Shown: in pieces, positions 8,919 through 20,200 of the stretch
How positions within the stretch are numbered: the first letter of the stretch is position 1
Layout: each line of letters begins with the position of its first letter
Assembly: GCA_021108035.1 (NCBI GenBank)
Contig: JAIORQ010000025.1
Coordinates: 2,004 to 66,003, forward strand
DNA length: 64,000 nt
Direction: 5' to 3'
Source of the DNA: Bacteroidales bacterium
GTDB lineage: Bacteria; Bacteroidota; Bacteroidia; Bacteroidales; JAADGE01
Notes under the pieces: model-generated
Database searches by the model: none
Told to the model about the DNA's origin: nothing
The model's input: only the letters and a program-made list of their open reading frames with translations
Made by a program: the position numbers and the translations under genes

Positions 8919-11333
8919 TTGCAAAATAATATGGATGAAATAAAAAACAATCAAGAGAATTCTTCTCAAGGTATAGAATTGAAAAAATATCTTTTTAAAG
9001 CTGTATCATACTGGTATTTATTTGTAATTTTTATTGTTGCTTCATTTTTCTTTGCAAGATGGATTAATATGCATGCTATTCCTACATACGGATTACATGC
9101 AACAGTTATGCTTATGGATGAAAGTAATGAAGAAGAAGTTGCCGGAGGATTAACTTTGTTCAGTAAACGGAAAAATTTAAACACCCAAATGGGAATTTTA
9201 AAATCATATTCTTTAACTGAAGAAACCGTTACAGAATTAGAGTTTGGAGTTTCATATTTCAGAGATGAGAAATTCAGAAAAAATTATGAGATATATAAAA
9301 AAGCACCGTTTATCGTAAATTTTGATACAACTTATGATCAATATATCGGATTGCCTGTTTATGTTACATTTAAGAATGAGAACGAAGTACAAATTTCAAT
9401 TGAGAAGTTTGAAATTGAAAAAACAATAAAAATCGGAGAACAATTTGTCTGTAACAACTTTAGTTTTAATATCACAAAAAGAGACAGTTTGCCTTTTAAT
9501 AATAATATACCGGGGAATAAGTATTTTTTTCAAAAAAACAGTATTAATAATATTGTACGAAGTTATTTAGGACGACTTGAAATTGAAGTAAGCCCTGAAA
9601 AAAGTTCAATACTTTGGCTTTGGTTAGTAGGAACGGTTCCTCAAAAAGATGCTGATTATTTGAATAAATTAATTGAAATATATATAAGGAACGGTTTAGT
9701 TGAAAAGAATAAAAAAGCTGCCGGCATTATTAAATTTATTGATCAACAACTTGAAGGAGTTTCAGATTCTCTTCAAAAAACTGAAAGTAATCTGCAAATA
9801 TTTAAACAAAAAACCCGTACGCTGGATATAAGTAATGAAGGGATGTTGTTGTTAACAAGATTAACAGAATTCCAAAAGGATCTTGTGGGACAAAAAAGAA
9901 AATTATCATATTATCAATATTTGCATGATCAATTAATTTCAAATAAAACAGTTGTTTCATTAACTGCACCAACTGTAATGGAGATAAATGATCCGGTTTT
10001 ATTAGGATATTTAGAAAAGTTATCTGAATATACTATAGAAAGAGATATTCTTGACTTCAGTGTAAGAAGTGATATTCCAATTTCGGAAAAGTTAGATATG
10101 CAAATACAAAAGATACAAGATCAAATATTTGTACATGCCAAAAAAAATATTGAAGTTACTGAAAATGAGATTAACAGCATAAAAGCAAATATAAACATTG
10201 TAAACCGTGATATTAATAAACTTCCGGTGTCAGAAAGACAAATAATTAATATTGAAAGAAAATTTAATATTAATGATGAATTGTACACCCATCTGTTAAA
10301 ACGAAGAATGGAAGCCGCTATTACTCAAGCGTCTAATAAGGCAGATACAAAAATGCTTGATATAGCAAGACCTGAAACAGCCGTAAAAAAATCTCCTGAT
10401 ACTTCCGGAAATACTAAAAAAGGAATTCTTTTCGGAATACTTATTCCGATACTGATAATAGTAGCCGGAGAATTCTTTAATAATAAAATTAATGATAAAA
10501 GTGATATTGAAAGCAGAACTTCAATTTCTATTTACGGAACAGTAGGAAGAAACAAACATAACAATAATTTGCCTGTTGTTGCCTTTCCAAAGTCACCCAT
10601 TTCGGAATCTTTCAGGGCTATACGAACAAATTTACAATATGTTTTAAAAAGTAAGGATAATAAAATTATTGTTGTTACTTCGTCAATCAGTGGTGAAGGA
10701 AAATCATTTATTTCTTCAAATATTGCAGCAGTTTTAGCTATTTCTGATAAAAAAACTTTACTGGTAGGTTTAGATCTCAGAAAACCAAAGTTACAAATTG
10801 ATTTTAAATATAATAATGAATTCGGTTTAAGTTCATATCTCGTTGAGCATTCCGAATATGAGCAAGTTGTACAAGAAACTGCGATTCAAAATTTATATGT
10901 AGCCTTATCGGGGCAGGTGCCTCCGAATCCTGCAGAGCTTATTGAGTCTGAAAGGATGAAAGAATTTTTTGTAAAAGCTGTGGAAGATTTTGATTATATT
11001 ATTATTGATACACCTCCGATTGCTGTGGTAACAGATGCTCTTTTATTAGCGGAAACAGCAGATTCTTTTCTTTTTGTTATGAGACAAGGATATTCTTCAA
11101 AGAATGTAATAAAACTGATAAATGATGTAAAAAAAGACAATGATTTAAGTAACATAGGAATCATCTTAAACGAAGTTCATATTAAAAGAGGTTATGGTTA
11201 CAGTCACGGCTACGGCTATGGCTATGGTTACGGCTACGGGCAGGGATATTATGATGATCTTGATCAGTCGAAAAATTCAAAATTTCAAAAAATTATTAAT
11301 ATTTTCAAAAAAAACAAAAATGAAAAAATTTGA
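8919..11333 (+). CDS. wzc: Polysaccharide co-polymerase / tyrosine autokinase (Wzc/GumC-like) with C-terminal Tyr-Gly cluster
   Basis: 804 aa. Two TM segments flank a large coiled-coil periplasmic domain. C-terminal P-loop kinase domain (VVTSSISGEGKSFISSNIA ... DYIIIDTPP). Tail GYGYSHGYGYGYGYGYGQGYYDD encoded by a ggyta(y)gg tandem repeat. The start at 8919 is a TTG; the ATG at 8931 (MDEIKNN) is also possible. Confidence 0.8.
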   Translation: MQNNMDEIKNNQENSSQGIELKKYLFKAVSYWYLFVIFIVASFFFARWINMHAIPTYGLHATVMLMDESNEEEVAGGLTLFSKRKNLNTQMGILKSYSLTEETVTELEFGVSYFRDEKFRKNYEIYKKAPFIVNFDTTYDQYIGLPVYVTFKNENEVQISIEKFEIEKTIKIGEQFVCNNFSFNITKRDSLPFNNNIPGNKYFFQKNSINNIVRSYLGRLEIEVSPEKSSILWLWLVGTVPQKDADYLNKLIEIYIRNGLVEKNKKAAGIIKFIDQQLEGVSDSLQKTESNLQIFKQKTRTLDISNEGMLLLTRLTEFQKDLVGQKRKLSYYQYLHDQLISNKTVVSLTAPTVMEINDPVLLGYLEKLSEYTIERDILDFSVRSDIPISEKLDMQIQKIQDQIFVHAKKNIEVTENEINSIKANINIVNRDINKLPVSERQIINIERKFNINDELYTHLLKRRMEAAITQASNKADTKMLDIARPETAVKKSPDTSGNTKKGILFGILIPILIIVAGEFFNNKINDKSDIESRTSISIYGTVGRNKHNNNLPVVAFPKSPISESFRAIRTNLQYVLKSKDNKIIVVTSSISGEGKSFISSNIAAVLAISDKKTLLVGLDLRKPKLQIDFKYNNEFGLSSYLVEHSEYEQVVQETAIQNLYVALSGQVPPNPAELIESERMKEFFVKAVEDFDYIIIDTPPIAVVTDALLLAETADSFLFVMRQGYSSKNVIKLINDVKKDNDLSNIGIILNEVHIKRGYGYSHGYGYGYGYGYGQGYYDDLDQSKNSKFQKIINIFKKNKNEKI

Positions 11334-12504
11334 TCCTGCAACAGAATTGAGTAAATTAGAACAATTTGGTGAATTCGGAGGTGTGAATCCTTCAATTACC
11401 GATTCGGCCACTTATACATTTTTAGGGGCTGAAACAATGGTTGATACATTTCACGGCGAAGCTGAAGGTTGTTTTCTGTATTCAAGACATTGGAATCCAA
11501 CCAATAAATATTTATCAGATGCTTTGGCTGTAATGGAAGGAACTGAAGCCGGTTGGGTAACCGGTTCGGGAATGGGAGCGATTACTTCTGCCATTCTACA
11601 ACTTTGTAATTCAGGAGATCATATAGTTTCTTCAGTTACTACTTACGGAGGAACTTATGCATTTTTTAAAAATTATCTTCCAAAATTTAATATTGATGTA
11701 AGCTTTGTTATTCCTACTGATTTGGAAGCAATAAAAAAAGCTGTTCGTCCAAATACAAAAGTAATCTATACTGAAACTATATCCAATCCTTTACTGCAAA
11801 TTTCAAATATTCCTGAAATTGCAAAAATTACAAAAAACTGCGGTGCAAAATTAGTTGTTGATAATACTTTTTCACCAATGATTGTGTCTCCCTGTAAATT
11901 AGGTGCAGATGTAGTTGTTTACAGTATGACCAAATTCATAAACGGAAAAAATGATTGTGTTGCCGGAGCAATTTGTTCTGATCAAGAATATATCAATTCT
12001 TTGATAGATGTAAATACAGGTACGGCAATGTTATTAGGCCCGGTTTTAGATCCGTTAAGATCATCAAGCATTCTGAAAAACCTTTATACATTGCATATCA
12101 GAATGAAACAACACAGTAAGAATGCTTTATATTTAGCTGAAAAGTTCAGTGAAATTGGTATAAAACCGATTTATCCCGGTTTAAAATCAAATCCCGGGTA
12201 TAAGTTGCTTACGTCATTGATGAATGAAGAGTATGGCTATGGAGGTCTTATAGCAATTGATTTGAAAACAAAAGAGAAAGCGTATAAATTCATGGAAAAG
12301 ATGCAAGAAAGAGGTGTCGGTTATCTTGCCGTAAGCTTAGGATACTACAAAACATTGTTCAGTAACTCCGGCAGCAGTACTTCTTCTGAAGTTCCCGAAG
12401 ATGTGCAAAGAGAAATGGGAATGTCTCCCGGATTAGTAAGATTTTCTGTAGGTTTAGATAATGATATTGAGAGAACTTATAAATTGATAAAAGAGTGTTT
12501 TTAG
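11320..12504 (+). CDS. PLP-dependent Cys/Met-metabolism enzyme (methionine gamma-lyase / O-acetylhomoserine sulfhydrylase family)
   Basis: Begins MKKFDPATELSKLEQFGEFGGVNPSITDS. PLP-lysine region VVVYSMTKFINGKNDCVAGAI. The ORF-track start at 11194 adds an N-terminal extension that is an alternate-frame reading of the wzc GY repeat. Confidence 0.75.
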   Translation: MKKFDPATELSKLEQFGEFGGVNPSITDSATYTFLGAETMVDTFHGEAEGCFLYSRHWNPTNKYLSDALAVMEGTEAGWVTGSGMGAITSAILQLCNSGDHIVSSVTTYGGTYAFFKNYLPKFNIDVSFVIPTDLEAIKKAVRPNTKVIYTETISNPLLQISNIPEIAKITKNCGAKLVVDNTFSPMIVSPCKLGADVVVYSMTKFINGKNDCVAGAICSDQEYINSLIDVNTGTAMLLGPVLDPLRSSSILKNLYTLHIRMKQHSKNALYLAEKFSEIGIKPIYPGLKSNPGYKLLTSLMNEEYGYGGLIAIDLKTKEKAYKFMEKMQERGVGYLAVSLGYYKTLFSNSGSSTSSEVPEDVQREMGMSPGLVRFSVGLDNDIERTYKLIKECF

Positions 12505-12842
12505 GTTCTACTGTTATTTTATAGGTTAATTAATTATTTTATGAATGTCTTTATATATTTTCGTTAAAATGATTCCTGCCCGGTCGGTAGAAAGGAAATG
12601 CTGTAATACTGAAATGATTGAATGTTAAAACCATTATATATTTAAATGTAAAAGGTTTACATGATATTAATGTGTGTGTTTTAGTGGCTAAAAAATGAAG
12701 TTTTCGGAAATTAGAGGCAATTTGATAAAGCGTAACAGTTTGATATATAGCGTTTTAATGGTTAATAAAATTTGTGCATTCGTGGCTTTTATACTTTTGG
12801 AGTGGACTTAACTTTTGAACTTTGAACTTTAAAAATAACATC

Positions 12843-13544
12843 ATGAAAAAAATTATCACAATTATGTTTGCATTACTGATTAGTTTTGCAGCATTTTCTC
12901 AAAAAGACGGAGAGAAAAAATTCGGTGCTGATAAAACACATTTTGTTCACCCATATTTAAGTTTGGGGTTTATGACTCCTCCTACAGAAGGTGAAGGAGC
13001 TGATATCTTATACGGAAAATCACATATTATTACCTATGGTGTGAGATATAAGTTAAAATTAGCTGATTTCTTTGCTCTTGGGGCAGGTATAAATTATACA
13101 TACCAAGCTTGGCATATGGATCAGGTTGATACAAAGATAATTCCGACACCAGTTTTATATGATAAAGAAAAGATATTATCTAATAATCTCGGCGGAGATA
13201 TTTTCTTAAGGATAAATATCGGGAAAAGAACTAATACAATCGGAAATTATATTGATCTTGGCGGCTATGGTGAATGGGCATACAATACAAAAAGAAAAAT
13301 TACAAATTATTTTGAAAACCCCGATATTATTACAAGTTCTCAATATGGGATTGGTTCATATATACATTTAAATTATATGAAAGAGTTCAATTACGGACTT
13401 GAAACCAGAATTGCTTACGGCAGATATGTTATTTTCGGTAAATACAGAATGTCTGACTTATTCACTCAAGACTTTAAAGATGTTGCAGGATCAACTGAAC
13501 TTCCGAGATTGGTAGTCGGAATAGAGGTGGGGTTTCATAAATAA
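12843..13544 (+). CDS. Outer-membrane beta-barrel protein of unknown function with signal peptide
   Basis: MKKIITIMFALLISFAAFSQ signal peptide. Alternating aromatic beta-strands. C-terminal ...LVVGIEVGFHK. A small porin-like barrel. Confidence 0.5.
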   Translation: MKKIITIMFALLISFAAFSQKDGEKKFGADKTHFVHPYLSLGFMTPPTEGEGADILYGKSHIITYGVRYKLKLADFFALGAGINYTYQAWHMDQVDTKIIPTPVLYDKEKILSNNLGGDIFLRINIGKRTNTIGNYIDLGGYGEWAYNTKRKITNYFENPDIITSSQYGIGSYIHLNYMKEFNYGLETRIAYGRYVIFGKYRMSDLFTQDFKDVAGSTELPRLVVGIEVGFHK

Positions 13545-13623
13545 TTTTAAATCAGCAAGCGTGGCACTGATTAGTTTCTTAGCTAAGAGGAACTTATATC
13601 AATTTTTTTTCACTATAATGAAG

Positions 13624-13656
13624 AACCGCAACAAAAAACAGGTTGCGGTTTTTTTA
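13624..13656 (+). terminator. Rho-independent terminator (aaccgcaac...gttgcggttttttt)
   Basis: 9-bp GC-containing stem plus a T7 run, between the beta-barrel gene and the downstream TonB receptor gene. Confidence 0.6.
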
Positions 13657-13720
13657 TGAAATAACTTATATTGCCTAAAATCAAATGATATAACTATTTT
13701 TACGGATTCAATAAAAAAAT

Positions 13721-16045
13721 ATGAGGATAGTTATTTTATTCACAATATTATTTTTAAACAGTTATGTTTTTGCTCAGCAATTTACTGTCAGCGGAACTGT
13801 AAGTGATGTTGCGACCGGTGAAGTAATAATCGGAGTTTACATTTCAAGTCAAGACGGAGAATATGGTTCGGTAACAAATGTTTACGGTTTTTATTCTTTA
13901 ACACTTCCAAAAGGGAAAAATATTATAGAATATAGTATTATCGGTCATTCAACTTTAAGAAAAGAAATCAACCTGCAAAATAATATCAATATCAATATTG
14001 AACTTGAGGAGTCTGATACACAAATTGGAGAAGTTACTATTTTCGGAGAAAAAGCAGATAAAAATATCAAAAATATTGAGACCGGTGTCAGCAATTTAAA
14101 CCCAAGAGAAATTAAAATAATACCGGTTATTTTCGGAGAGCAAGACATTTTAAAAACTATTCAATTATTACCGGGTATAAAACCTTCCGGTGAAGGAGGC
14201 AGCGGATTTCATGTAAGAGGAGGTGGTGCTGATGAGAATTTGATATTATTAGATGAAGCACCTGTTTATAATGCATCTCATTTAATGGGTTTTTTCTCGG
14301 TATTTAATTCTGATGCCGTGAAAAATGCAAAGATTTATAAAGGTACAGCTCCCGCTCAATACGGCGGACGTTTGTCTTCAGTTTTAGATATTCAAATGAA
14401 AGAAGGAAATATGAAGCAATTTTCGGCTTCGGGCGGAATTGGTTTAATTTCTTCACGCTTAACCATAGAATCACCGATTGTAAAGAATAAAGCTTCGTTT
14501 ATTATTTCAGGAAGAAGAACTTATGCAGATCTCTTTTTAGTATTTGCACCCAGAGAAGAACAGAGAAACAGTACTTTGTATTTTTATGATTTAAATGCAA
14601 AAGTTAATTATAAGATCAATGATAATAACAGGTTATTTCTTTCAGGATATTTCGGGAGAGATGTTTTTGCATTTGATGATATTATGGAAATGGATTGGGG
14701 AAATACGACCGGAACTTTACGTTGGAACCATATTTTTAACAGTAAATTGTTTTTAAACTCAACAGTTATTCGCAGCAAATATGATTATCAATTGGGTTTT
14801 TGTTTTTTTGATGAAGACGGCGGAGTAATCAGATTGAAATCTGCAATTGAAGATTGGAACATAAAGGAAGATTTTCAATATTATCTGAACAGTAAAAACC
14901 TTATCAGATTCGGAATTAACTCAATGTATCACAAATTCCTTCCCGGAGAAGTAGATGCAAGCGAAGTTGAAGAAATAAATGATATTAAAGTTCAAAATAA
15001 ATATGCTTTTGAAAATGTTGCTTATATTTCACATGAAGTTAGTTTGTTAAAAAATTTAAAAGCAGTATATGGTTTCAGGCTTTCTGCTTTTTGTGTGTTA
15101 GGTCCGGGTACGGTTTATGAGTTTAATGACAGAGAAGAACCAATTGATTCTGTTTCATACGGGAATAATGATATAATAAAAACATATAAAAATTTTGAAC
15201 CCAGAATTTCCTTAAATTATATTATTGATAAACAAAATGCCGTAAAAGCATCTTATACTAAAAACACTCAATATATTCATTTACTGTCGAATTCTACATC
15301 ATCAACACCAATGGATTTATGGTATCCGACAACAAAGATCATAAAACCGGGGCTTGCAAACCTATATTCTGTCGGTTATTACAGAAACTTTAATGATAAT
15401 ATGTTTGAAACTTCAATAGAATTATATTACAAAGATCTTAAAGATGTTATTGATTACAGGAACGGAGCAAATGTTATGATAAATGAGTATTTAGAAGCAG
15501 AGTTGTTATTGGGAAAAGGGTGGTCATACGGTGCTGAAATATATATTAAGAAACAAATGGGAGATATTACAGGATGGATAAGTTATACTTGGTCAAAGAC
15601 TGAAAGAATTTTTGATGAAATAAATAACGGATTAGCTTTTTCTGCAAGGCATGACAGAACTCACGATTTTTCAATAACAGGAATGTATGCATTTAACAAG
15701 CGATTGAGTTTTGCTGCAACTTGGGTATATTATACCGGTGATGCAGTTACCTTTCCTACAGGAAGATATATTGTTGACGGAAGAATTATAAGTTTATATA
15801 CCGAAAGAAACGGGTACAGATTGCCCAATTATCACAGAATGGATTTTAGTGTTACATATAAGAACAAAGAAAGAAAGCGTTGGGAATCAGACTGGAATTT
15901 ATCAATTTATAATGTTTATGCCAAGAAAAATGCTTATCAGATAACATTCAGGCAAGTTAGTGAAAACTCTACACAATTTGAAGCTGTACGTTTGGCTCTG
16001 TTTTCAATTATACCTTCAATAAGTTATAATTTCAGGTTTAATTAA
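13721..16045 (+). CDS. TonB-dependent receptor with N-terminal carboxypeptidase-regulatory-like domain
   Basis: 774 aa. Signal peptide. CarbopepD_reg-like FTVSGTVSDVATGEVIIGVYIS. Plug region (IPVIFGEQDILKTIQLLPGI...GFHVRGGGADENLILLDEAPVYNASHLMGFFSVFN). C-terminal barrel ending ...ISYNFRFN. Confidence 0.8.
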   Translation: MRIVILFTILFLNSYVFAQQFTVSGTVSDVATGEVIIGVYISSQDGEYGSVTNVYGFYSLTLPKGKNIIEYSIIGHSTLRKEINLQNNININIELEESDTQIGEVTIFGEKADKNIKNIETGVSNLNPREIKIIPVIFGEQDILKTIQLLPGIKPSGEGGSGFHVRGGGADENLILLDEAPVYNASHLMGFFSVFNSDAVKNAKIYKGTAPAQYGGRLSSVLDIQMKEGNMKQFSASGGIGLISSRLTIESPIVKNKASFIISGRRTYADLFLVFAPREEQRNSTLYFYDLNAKVNYKINDNNRLFLSGYFGRDVFAFDDIMEMDWGNTTGTLRWNHIFNSKLFLNSTVIRSKYDYQLGFCFFDEDGGVIRLKSAIEDWNIKEDFQYYLNSKNLIRFGINSMYHKFLPGEVDASEVEEINDIKVQNKYAFENVAYISHEVSLLKNLKAVYGFRLSAFCVLGPGTVYEFNDREEPIDSVSYGNNDIIKTYKNFEPRISLNYIIDKQNAVKASYTKNTQYIHLLSNSTSSTPMDLWYPTTKIIKPGLANLYSVGYYRNFNDNMFETSIELYYKDLKDVIDYRNGANVMINEYLEAELLLGKGWSYGAEIYIKKQMGDITGWISYTWSKTERIFDEINNGLAFSARHDRTHDFSITGMYAFNKRLSFAATWVYYTGDAVTFPTGRYIVDGRIISLYTERNGYRLPNYHRMDFSVTYKNKERKRWESDWNLSIYNVYAKKNAYQITFRQVSENSTQFEAVRLALFSIIPSISYNFRFN

Positions 16046-16099
16046 ATTATTGATTTATAAAACCGGAAACTGACAATTTGTAAAAACCTCGGGCATAAT

Positions 16100-16147
16100 C
16101 CCGGATACGCTAACTTAAATTGTTATTGTTAAGTTAGCGTATCCGGG
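16100..16147. terminator. 19-bp perfect palindrome (cccggatacgctaacttaa / ttaagttagcgtatccggg). REP-like element or terminator downstream of the TonB receptor gene
   Basis: Perfect inverted repeat read from the sequence. No T-run follows, so terminator function is uncertain. Confidence 0.4.
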
Positions 16148-16216
16148 TCAATTAAGCAGATGAATTAATTATGTCTGTTTTTAATTATCTGTTCCTTTAG
16201 AATAATTTTATGCTTA

Positions 16217-16654
16217 TTAAACTACTAATATTATGGAAAGAATTACCAACCACCACACCCAACCTAACCAAGCAAACCTCATTTTTGCTTTTCTTTCAGG
16301 GTGATTTAAATTTACTAAAAATACAATCAAAATACCGATCAAGCCCAGAAAAAAACCTAATAAAAAAGCACCGATATAAAATCCTTTACTTCTGAAGAAT
16401 TTTTTTGTTTTGTGCTTTAAAGTTGAAATCTTTTCTTTCGTCTTGCCGAAAAAAGTTTTGTTTTTTGAAGTTTTCTCTTTTTTTGCTTTTTCAAAAACTG
16501 ACAGATCAATATTTTTAATATCAGAGTTTTGATTTTGTTGATCTGATAAAACACTTGAATTACTTTCTTCAATATAAACATGTGTTTTTTCTACAGCATA
16601 CGAATTAAATAATACGCAGCTTAAGATACCGGTAATTAATAACAGTTTTCTCAT
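16217..16654 (-). CDS. Small secreted/membrane-anchored protein (signal peptide, Lys-rich middle, C-terminal TM helix)
   Basis: 145 aa. MRKLLLITGILSCVLFNSYA signal. C-terminal hydrophobic helices (FYIGAFLLGFFLGLIGILIVFLV). No recognisable domain. Confidence 0.45.
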   Translation of the reverse strand: MRKLLLITGILSCVLFNSYAVEKTHVYIEESNSSVLSDQQNQNSDIKNIDLSVFEKAKKEKTSKNKTFFGKTKEKISTLKHKTKKFFRSKGFYIGAFLLGFFLGLIGILIVFLVNLNHPERKAKMRFAWLGWVWWLVILSIILVV

Positions 16655-17210
16655 AAAATAATAATTTGGTTTATAAATATTAAGGCAATTTACAATTTTA
16701 ATATCAAAAAATCAAATGTTGATAGCGATTGGCTAAACAATGTGCGGAATAAATTCCGACAACTTCTCGGTTTTCCTCACAGCACAAATTTTAGCCTTAT
16801 TTATATTTTAAAAAAATCACAAAGTCAAAACACTTGGTCTTCTATCTGGCTTGTTATCAGCAAGTTCTACGCCTTACTTTTGTCTTGAAACAAAAGTAAC
16901 AAAAATTCAAGACCTGCAAACTTTCATGTTTGAAAAATCAGTCTGCCGGAAAAAATCCAAGTCAAAGTTGCCGATAAATCCTTGTTTGTAAATCAAAATC
17001 GTAACATTTTTAAATCCGGAAATCCCCCAAAGTCAGTCTTTAAAAGTTGTTTTTTCGCAATTTCCCGGATATTTCTAAAATCGTTAATCGGCATTCCTTG
17101 TTCTTAAATCAAAAAGATTAAAGTTCTCAAAAAAGTCTGTAATTTGATAACGACAATTTCTCTTTTCTTATGCTCTGCAACAGAATGATAAAACGAATAT
17201 ATTAACCTGT

Positions 17211-20200
17211 TTATATTATATTTAAATGTTTATTAATTACATGCATCATCATATATACATCAATTGGTTTTTCTATATAATCGTCAAAGCCGGAGTTTAG
17301 GATTTTCATTTTTTGATAATCTATTGTATATGCAGTTTGAGCAATTATTTTTACTTTATTATCTTTAAACAATTTACGGATTTGTTTTGTAGCTTCAATA
17401 CCGTCAATATTCGGCATTTTAATGTCCATAAGGATTAAATCTATATCATTATTTTGTTTAAATTTATCTACAGCTTCAAGGCCGTTCTCTGCTGTTAATA
17501 TTTCAGCGCCTGAATTACGAAGGAAAGTTTCGAGAAAAAGGAGGTTTAGTTTTTCATCTTCTGCAATTAATATTTTTTTACCGGATATATTAAGGTTAAC
17601 AAAATCAATCAAGTGTGTATTTTCTTTAAATGTTGCAAGCTTTTTTTTCTTTTTTATAGGTATGCTGAAATAAAAAACAGATCCTTTGCCCCAATCAGAT
17701 TCAACTCTTATTTTTCCGTTGAGAATTTTCACCAGATTTTTTGATATATTCAGTCCAAGTCCTAAGCCCCTGTATAAAATAGATTTATCAGTTTCTACTT
17801 TTCTGAATTTATCAAAAATATAATTAAGGTCTTTTGGGGCAATTCCTATTCCTGTATCTTTTATATAAAATTGTAAAAGATTTTCTTTCTCAACAGTTAC
17901 TCCGAATTCAACAAATCCTTTCTCTGTATATTTAAGGGCATTTTCAATTAAATTATATAAAATAGTATATAGCCTTTCGTTATCACAAGTAATTAAAATA
18001 TCTTTTACACTCTCTGCATTATATTTCAATAAAACATTATCCTTTTTTTGAAAGATTACTGAAGTTTTGAATTCATAATATATTTCTTTAATTAGATTAT
18101 AAATCGAAAATTCTGATTCATATAACTGAATATCACCAAGTTGAATTCTTGATGCCTGCATAATAGAATCTACAATTCTTATAAGAGAACTACTGCCTGA
18201 ATTTATATTAGTTATACTTTCTAATGCATTTTTTGATATGTTTTCTTCATTTTCTAATAATGTAGAAAATCCCACTATAGCATTTAAAGGAGTTCTGATT
18301 TCATGCGATAAGTTTTCAAGAAAAGACGTTTTGAGTTGATCTGCTTTTTCAGCATTCAGCTTTTCAATCTCAAGATCATTAGTCCGTTCTTTTATCATGT
18401 CTTCCAAATGTTCTTGATAGCGATACAATTCAGCATTTTGACGAGATATTTCTTTATTTTTCTCTCTTATTTCCAAAGTTCTTTCATTAACAATATCTTC
18501 TAATTTTTTTTGCTCATTTTTTAAATTCCGCACTCTGATTCTGTATATAAAATAGATAAAAAATAATGTTAATATACCGACAATAAAATAAAATAATATT
18601 GTTTCATAAAAATGAGGTTTTACAATAAAAGTAATTTGGGATCCTTCCATATTCCATAATCCGTCATTATTACATGCAATAACTTTAAAAATATAATCTC
18701 CGTGATGTAAATTTGTATATGAGATAGATCTTTTTGTATCAGCTTCACTCCATTCATCTTCAAATCCCTCAAGTTTATATTTAAACAAAATACTTTGGGG
18801 TTCATGATAGCTTAAAGCTGTATAGTTAAATGTAAATCTGTTTTTACCCGGCTTTATTATGATACTTTCATTAATATTAACGGGTGAATTATTAACTAAT
18901 AATTCTTCAATATAAACAGGAGGAATATAATCATTCAAGATAAGGTTATTTGGATTAATCATTGTAATTCCGTTTATGGTCGGGAACCATAAAGTTCCGT
19001 CACTGCCTTTTAATGACATTGACGTAGAAGTACACTCGGATTGTATTATTCCGTCATGCTTATCATATAGTTTACAAATAAAAGTATCAATTTTTCCTGA
19101 TTTATAATTTAGTAAATGTTGCTTGTTGATATATATTATGCCTTTTCCGGAGGGTATCCAGAAATAACCGTTATTATCTTCAACAATATCATAAGGAGTA
19201 GAATGAAGTATATTAAAGCTCAAAAGTTTTCCGTTTTTTAAACAATTAAGGCCGCCATTAGTTGCAATCCAAATATTTCCGGCGGAATCAATATATGTAC
19301 TGAAAATAATATCACCGGTCAGGCCGTCATCTTTTGAATATTTTCTGACAATTTTATCATTTAAAATTATATTTATTCCGCCTTTACTTGTTCCCACAAT
19401 AATATTTCCCGATTGATCTTCATCTATAGACATTATTAAGTTTGCACTTAGCCCTTTTGATTTATTAAAAACCTTATAAGTTTTATCTTTATTAATTTTA
19501 ATCAAGCCGTTGTTTCTGGTTCCTATCCATATATTATTCTTACTGTCTTCAAAAGTCAGCCTTATATATTTTCCCGGAAATCCGGTTTCTTCCAGATACC
19601 ATTTTTCTTTATTATCAGACGAAATCTTTAATAAACCGGAATATGTACTGATCCATAAATTATTTTTACTGTCCTTTAAAATATTACGAATTCTCATGCC
19701 TACTAAAGAAGTTTTAGTTTTGAATTCATATATTATTCCGTTTTCAATTTTATTAATATATCCGTTGTCAAATGCTGTTAAATATGAATCGGGGGCATAT
19801 TCACAAACGGAGTTTACTATTTTACCCGACATTCCTTTTCTTTTCGTGTAGGAAATAAATTTGCTGTTTTTAATTCTTGAAAATCCTGATTTATAATTTA
19901 TTAGCCATAAAATATTTTCACGATCAATCAAAAAATTGTTAATATAATTGTTATACAGTCCGTTTGATGTTGACAGGTATTCATAAGTATTTGTATTATG
20001 GTTTTTTCTGAACAATCCTTCTGTAGTTGCAAACCAAAAATTGCCCGAATTATCAGTAGTAATCCTGTTTATGGTATATCCGATTAATTCCGGAATAATC
20101 TCAAATTTTTCCCCGTTAAAAGTACATAAACCTTTATCAGTTCCTAACCAAATTAAATCGTTATCATCAATATACAGGGTCCTTATCCAATTGCTTATCA

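Noticed and set aside
11170-11260. Possible CRISPR or other array from short tandem repeats (GY repeats at 11200-11260 and 51690-52130)
   Set aside because: The repeats are 6-36-nt in-frame coding tandem repeats inside ORFs, not repeat-spacer architecture. No CRISPR array is present in the window.
11194-11319. N-terminal extension (MVTVTATAMAMVTATGRD...) of the 436-aa ORF listed at 11194-12504
   Set aside because: It is an alternate-frame read-through of the wzc GY-encoding tandem repeat. The genuine start is the ATG at 11320 (MKKFDPATELS), which matches Cys/Met PLP-enzyme N-termini.
16210-16395. 61-aa plus-strand ORF
   Set aside because: Completely overlapped by the better-supported 145-aa minus-strand ORF with signal peptide and TM helix.
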